A stretch of DNA of 64,000 nt, taken from contig NZ_CP015412.1 in assembly GCF_001750165.1 (NCBI RefSeq), forward strand, positions 1,143,588 through 1,207,587, read 5' to 3'. The DNA is from Pseudoalteromonas luteoviolacea (GTDB taxonomy: Bacteria; Pseudomonadota; Gammaproteobacteria; Enterobacterales; Alteromonadaceae). Shown here piece by piece: positions 60,011 through 64,000 of the stretch (positions within the stretch are counted from its first letter, which is position 1; each line of letters opens with the position of its first letter). The translations under genes and the position numbers were made by a program. Under the pieces are notes generated by a model. The model did no database searches. It was not told the DNA's origin and saw nothing but the letters and a program-made list of their open reading frames with translations.

Positions 60011-60997
60011 GTGCATACTGAACAAGCAGGGAATACCGCGTTTTCAGCAAGCAAACAGGTATTGCAATCAGAAAAAGTATTAGACTGTAGGAGTAGGTGG
60101 TCACAAGATTCGGATTATTGTATTTCTTTGCCTGAGAAGCTTGGTAAGGGAGTGAGTTTTGGATTTAATTATAATGACGATAGTGCGTTGCAAATCAATG
60201 AACTGAACTTTGACCAAAAGACAAAATTCACGGCTGATAGTGGTAAACTCTGTGGCGCATTTTTTGTTTTAGAGGGGCGAGTGAGCATTACAACCCCTGT
60301 CACAGGCACTGTAATGATCCCAAAAGATCATCTGTGTTTATTTTTTATTGAGCAAGCGGCTTGTACATTTGAATATAGTGCAGGCGAAAATAAAGTGATG
60401 AGCTTCACTTTGAGTCACGCGCTGATGTCATCGTTGATAGCACAATATCAATCAGCGAACTCTGTATCATCTTTAATCGAAAAACACTTCATTTGTTTTC
60501 CAATTAAATTGGCAATAAAAAATATGCTAAATCAAGTTTATGATTGCCAATTATCTGCTAAAAGCATGAAACTATTAGTGCAGGCCAAAATGATGGAACT
60601 GATGACTGAATTACTTGAGTACAATCAAACCTATCACAATAGTCTGGCCACCATTAAAGAAACTGACTTAAAAGCGCTTTATCAAGCTGCAAAATACTTG
60701 GAAACCAATATGCAGTCTCCTCCGAGTATTGTGGAGCTGGCTAAAATCGTGGGTGAGAATGACTATAAGCTTAAGCAGCAATTTAAAACGGTGTTTGGCC
60801 GCGCGCCATTTGCGTATTTGACAGAGCTGCGCCTTAATCGTGCCGCTAGCTTATTGGCGCGCACTGAACTTCCTGTTATGCAAGTTGCTCAAGAGGTTGG
60901 CTATAAGCACGCAGGGAATTTTGCGAAAAACTTTAAATTAAAGTTAGGACGCACACCAAAGGCTTACAAAACTTGGAGTAGCTCAAAAAATACATGA
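60011..60997 (+). CDS. AraC family transcriptional regulator
   Basis: 328 aa. C-terminal AraC double HTH (ELAKIVGENDYKLKQQFKTVFGRAPFAYLTELRLNRAASLL). Confidence 0.8.
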   Translation: MHTEQAGNTAFSASKQVLQSEKVLDCRSRWSQDSDYCISLPEKLGKGVSFGFNYNDDSALQINELNFDQKTKFTADSGKLCGAFFVLEGRVSITTPVTGTVMIPKDHLCLFFIEQAACTFEYSAGENKVMSFTLSHALMSSLIAQYQSANSVSSLIEKHFICFPIKLAIKNMLNQVYDCQLSAKSMKLLVQAKMMELMTELLEYNQTYHNSLATIKETDLKALYQAAKYLETNMQSPPSIVELAKIVGENDYKLKQQFKTVFGRAPFAYLTELRLNRAASLLARTELPVMQVAQEVGYKHAGNFAKNFKLKLGRTPKAYKTWSSSKNT

Positions 60998-61082
60998 TAC
61001 GGCTTGGTTTTTGTTTGTTGTTTGGGCGGTTAGAAAAATTATTAAATTTTTTTGATCCAACTTAATAGCTGCTGCGTTTATA

Positions 61083-61176
61083 CATGTGAAGGGTTTCTGA
61101 TGTGTAACACATCCTTGGAGTCGCCCCTTCACCATGTCATGATAACGCGCACTTCGGTGCGCGTTAGTCTTTTTAG
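61083..61176 (+). ncRNA. candidate small structured RNA ending in an intrinsic terminator
   Basis: Nested hairpins: acatgtgaaggg...cccttcaccatgt enclosing gatgtgt-aac-acatc. Then the terminator aacgcgcac-UUCG-gtgcgcgtt + agtcttttt. Weak TTGATC-18-GTTTAT promoter-like element at 61052-61081. No ORF. Confidence 0.25.
61144..61175 (+). terminator. rho-independent terminator with UUCG tetraloop
   Basis: 9-bp perfect GC-rich stem aacgcgcac/gtgcgcgtt with loop ttcg, followed by agtcttttt. Confidence 0.6.
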
Positions 61177-61284
61177 AGTAACGCTATTAGCATATTCATA
61201 ATCGGCCATGTCGCTGTTGCGTCGCTGATATAAAATCTTGTATAAACACACACCTTATCAGCGTTATTAAATTAAGATTAAACA

Positions 61285-61722
61285 ATGTGTACAAGCATAT
61301 CGTTATTACTCGCGGAATCTAAAGAGTTGCAACAAGTTGCAAATTGGTATTATAAGCAATGGGATAGTAAGCAATTAAATACCAGCGTGTCAGATGTCAC
61401 CACAAAACTCTCCAGTACTGAGCAGCGAGTTGGGTTTGTTGTACACTTTAATGAGCAGCTTGCAGGCGCTGCGGAGATTAAATTTAATAATGGACGCTGT
61501 TGGTTAGATGGTGTCTATGTGGATGATGGCTTTCGCGGCAAAGGCTTGGCAGAGGTATTGGTCAATTTTGCCAAGCAGAGAGCAATAGAGCTTGGTTGGT
61601 CATTTTTAAATTTAAAATGTGAGCCTCACCTCGTAGCCTTATATCAAAAATATAACTTTGAGATTGTTGAGACCCACAACGATAAGTTGATTATGTCCTG
61701 CAAATTAACAGCCGATGTCTAG
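61285..61722 (+). CDS. GNAT family N-acetyltransferase
   Basis: 145 aa. GNAT motif A-like segment (VYVDDGFRGKGLAEVLVNFAKQRA). Confidence 0.7.
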   Translation: MCTSISLLLAESKELQQVANWYYKQWDSKQLNTSVSDVTTKLSSTEQRVGFVVHFNEQLAGAAEIKFNNGRCWLDGVYVDDGFRGKGLAEVLVNFAKQRAIELGWSFLNLKCEPHLVALYQKYNFEIVETHNDKLIMSCKLTADV

Positions 61723-61728
61723 CTTGCT

Positions 61729-62184
61729 TTAACTTAACTCTTGCAGTGCATCTTGTAAGTGCTCTGTATTGTGCTCTGCATCAGCGTGACATGCTTGATC
61801 TCTGAGGTTCTTTTGGACCGCAACAGCTGCATACAAGCTCATAATATAGGCGATACCATAAAACCCTTTTTCACTGAGTAGCAAATCCGCGTTATACAAA
61901 CCAATGAGGAGAAATAAGATAGCACTGCCTGTCGAAACTAAACTCAATATATGATAAATCCTAGACGTGTTTAAATTTTCTTGTTTATCTCGAATACTTT
62001 TTTGTAATGAAACGGCTGAAAACAGTCCATATAAGAGGATCACCAAATAATACCCTTTTTCATTAAGTTGCATAGAAGCATTAAATAGACCAATGCAGTA
62101 GGTTGCTACACCAATTGCTAAAACCAGCAGAGAGGCCAAGTTAAAAGCTTTGTTAGATGGTTGTGTTGAAGTCTGTTTTTCCAT
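61729..62184 (-). CDS. YiaA/YiaB family inner membrane protein
   Basis: 151 aa. Two tandem YiaAB two-helix units (NEKGYYLVILLYGLFSAVSLQKSIRDKQE and SEKGFYGIAYIMSLYAAVAVQKNLRD). Confidence 0.65.
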   Translation of the reverse strand: MEKQTSTQPSNKAFNLASLLVLAIGVATYCIGLFNASMQLNEKGYYLVILLYGLFSAVSLQKSIRDKQENLNTSRIYHILSLVSTGSAILFLLIGLYNADLLLSEKGFYGIAYIMSLYAAVAVQKNLRDQACHADAEHNTEHLQDALQELS

Positions 62185-62186
62185 CG

Positions 62187-62999
62187 TTATTTTTCCTTCA
62201 AGGTGTTTATGGGTGTATCTGGCGTAAGTACCGCCGAATGTGCTAGCAAATTATATTGTTTGAGGTAATTACGAATACTGGTAAAGGTTGCTATGCGCAC
62301 ATCACCACTGTGATCTTTTTTATAGATGTCATCTTTAAATATAGAACCGAAGAACAATTTAAATCGGCTAATTGATAAAGGCTGTGCCTGAAAATAGGCC
62401 TTTGTGTTTGCTTTTATCTGTTTCATATCCGTTGTTTTGTAAAGAGCGGCATTAATGACATTGAGCGTATGCTCTGTACAGTTTTGTCTTTTGTTATTGT
62501 AAGGGTTAGCAATCAGTGAATATTTAGGGTTATGAACTTGCTTCGCCACTCCATTATTGATTGCTTCCAGTATCTGTTTTTGAACATTTATTGTGGGTAT
62601 TGCAATCCCAGCTTTAAGGTCTTGCACAGACCAAAAAAAATCTGTTGGATAATCAATGATTAATTCACTAATTTCTGGGTTATCTGCTTGTTGGTAAAGG
62701 TTATGTATAGCATACCCTAGTTTTGTCTCGCCATTTTGCATTGTTATCTGTGAATACACAGCTAAGGCTACATGCGTAAACTCTACGCCTTTAGGTAGTG
62801 TGTTACTCGGTTGCCCGACTCTTGCAATGATAAACACATGGGCTTGATGCGCTGCGCTGTATCGTTCCACTTTTTTAGCAAACTGCGCTATTTCTTTTGG
62901 TGAATAGTGGTGCTCCCCTGATTGTTCACTGCCTGCGGTAGCATGCATGCTTTGCATAGTCAGCACTAGATAAGCGACGCGCCTTAATATACCCATGTC
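62187..62999 (-). CDS. hypothetical secreted protein
   Basis: ORF called to 63110. The ATG at 62997-62999 (MGILRRVAYLVLTMQSMHATA..., signal-peptide-like) is preceded by AAGGAGA at 7-nt spacing. It sits directly after the stop of the upstream 112-aa gene, so this is the likely true start. Confidence 0.4.
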   Translation of the reverse strand, partial: DMGILRRVAYLVLTMQSMHATAGSEQSGEHHYSPKEIAQFAKKVERYSAAHQAHVFIIARVGQPSNTLPKGVEFTHVALAVYSQITMQNGETKLGYAIHNLYQQADNPEISELIIDYPTDFFWSVQDLKAGIAIPTINVQKQILEAINNGVAKQVHNPKYSLIANPYNNKRQNCTEHTLNVINAALYKTTDMKQIKANTKAYFQAQPLSISRFKLFFGSIFKDDIYKKDHSGDVRIATFTSIRNYLKQYNLLAHSAVLTPDTPINTLKEK

Positions 63000-63006
63000 T
63001 TTCTCC

Positions 63007-63345
63007 TTATAATGTATTTGAGGGAGGTGGGCCTGCGATAATGACATCATCACTAATTGGTAGTGGTTGTGCCTTTTTTGATTTAAATGCGTTGTCTGCA
63101 ATTGCCACACTTGCAGCGCCGCCGCTCAGTAACACAGCACCAGATATCATGACAGGTACGGCAACAATTGCCGTAGAAATCGCAGCTGTTGTTGCCAAGC
63201 TATCGGTTGCTGCTAGTGCACTATATTTGATTGCATGACTGCCGTGTGTGCTGGCATTTGACGCGTTGTCAGATGCCAAGCTCGGCTGTGTTAAAAACAG
63301 TGCAGTACTCAGTAAAGCTGCTTGTTTTAGATGTTGAATAATCAT
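63007..63345 (-). CDS. small secreted Ala/Ser/Thr-rich protein, hypothetical
   Basis: 112 aa. Signal peptide (LTQPSLAS). Probably co-transcribed with the downstream 62187..62999 gene. Confidence 0.4.
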   Translation of the reverse strand: MIIQHLKQAALLSTALFLTQPSLASDNASNASTHGSHAIKYSALAATDSLATTAAISTAIVAVPVMISGAVLLSGGAASVAIADNAFKSKKAQPLPISDDVIIAGPPPSNTL

Positions 63346-63460
63346 GTGAAAACTCCATATTTCGTTGTGTTGCTTCTTAAACTAGCAAACTGGACGGAGT
63401 TGTAAATTTATTAATACCATGTATAAGTATTAGATACTTTAAGTATCATATTTTAATACC

Positions 63461-64000
63461 ATGAGTCAGATCCCATTAGTTTCCAATACAATTAAGACAC
63501 TTCTTAAGCAGAAAAAACTCACTTATAAGGATGTCGCTGAACACCTTGAACAAAGTGAGGCAACAATAAAGCGAATGTTCTCTAATGACTTATTCTCGTT
63601 ACAAAAACTTGAGAGTATTTGTGAGCTTCTGGAGCTAACGTTGTGCGATCTGTTTTCATTGACTCAATCACAGCAATCACGGATCAGCCAATTAAGCGTC
63701 AGGCAAGAGCAAGAACTTATGGATAACCCAAAGCTTTTTTTAGTGGCGGTCTGTGTGAGAGATGGCTGGGAGTTTGAAGACATCGTGTCTAGATATCAGA
63801 TTGAAGCTTTGGAGTGTGTTCGACTTTTAGCACAGCTAGATAGATTGAAAATGATTCAGTTATTACCTAATAACCGATATAAACTATTAATCGCACAAGA
63901 CTTTAGCTGGATCCCTGGGGGACCGTTGGAGTCATATATCGAGCAGCAGGTGTTAGGTAAGTTTTTACAGGGTGAATTTAATCAAGAAGATAGTTATCGT
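63461..64000 (+). CDS. XRE/Cro-C1-type HTH transcriptional regulator, N-terminal part; continues beyond window end
   Basis: Starts MSQIPLVSNTIKTLLKQKKLTYKDVAEHLEQSEATIKRMFSNDLFSLQKLESICELLELTLCDLF (HTH_XRE-like). No stop before the window edge. Confidence 0.55.
   Translation, partial: MSQIPLVSNTIKTLLKQKKLTYKDVAEHLEQSEATIKRMFSNDLFSLQKLESICELLELTLCDLFSLTQSQQSRISQLSVRQEQELMDNPKLFLVAVCVRDGWEFEDIVSRYQIEALECVRLLAQLDRLKMIQLLPNNRYKLLIAQDFSWIPGGPLESYIEQQVLGKFLQGEFNQEDSYR

Noticed and set aside
1-64000. Prophage, integrative element or transposon borders
   Set aside because: No integrase, transposase, tRNA or long flanking direct repeats were found. The DUF1353 gene and AT-rich islets alone are insufficient to call a mobile element.

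Overview
This 64 kb window looks like chromosomal DNA from a marine gammaproteobacterium of the Alteromonadales (Pseudoalteromonas-like). That identification is inference from gene content and AT-rich codon usage only. The window is gene-dense on both strands. I found no rRNA, tRNA, CRISPR array, integrase or transposase.

What the window contains:
- A TetR-regulated RND efflux operon: TetR, membrane fusion protein, and a partial AcrB-like pump that runs off the window start.
- A siderophore-interacting protein.
- An AT-rich islet of secreted hypothetical proteins plus a trypsin-like S1 protease.
- HAD hydrolase, AraC regulators, a large di-heme c-type cytochrome, MscS, and an outer-membrane beta-barrel protein.
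- An overlapping FabI / MaoC-dehydratase pair.
- A methyl-accepting chemotaxis protein and a cytochrome-c-fused PQQ sugar dehydrogenase.
- A secreted alpha/beta hydrolase and an M43 metzincin lipoprotein.
- A DUF1353 protein next to a short DsbB/BdbC-like protein.
- GNAT acetyltransferases, an MBL-fold lipoprotein, and MarR with a DoxX-like protein.
- A dicarboxylate/amino-acid:cation symporter, a SAM methyltransferase, and an AmiC-like amidase with LysM.
- A secreted coiled-coil repeat protein plus an acidic pentapeptide-repeat lipoprotein.
- An ECF sigma factor with an orphan ArsH.
- DCC-family thiol oxidoreductase, Kelch-repeat protein, HxlR, MFS transporter, LysR and a SIMPL protein.
- A frameshifted beta-lactamase-family serine hydrolase.
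- YiaA/B, and a partial XRE-type regulator at the window end.

The most interesting locus is a six-gene, co-oriented cluster at 28.7-39.3 kb:
- YjfI-like DUF2170 protein
- PspA/IM30 (ESCRT-III superfamily)
- a small 106-aa protein
- YqiJ/NfeD-like membrane protein
- a 699-aa flotillin (SPFH)
- a 2042-aa coiled-coil protein carrying a single MoxR/AAA_5-type ATPase module

I cannot assign this cluster to any characterized system. It looks like a candidate membrane-remodelling, repair or defence machine.

Other observations worth a second look:
- A 47-aa ORF with a strong Shine-Dalgarno and a double-glycine-type leader motif.
- Palindromic TetR and MarR operators.
- A structured RNA candidate that ends in a UUCG-tetraloop terminator.
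- A G9 homopolymer inside a CDS.
- Tandem 15-bp and 147-bp coding repeats.
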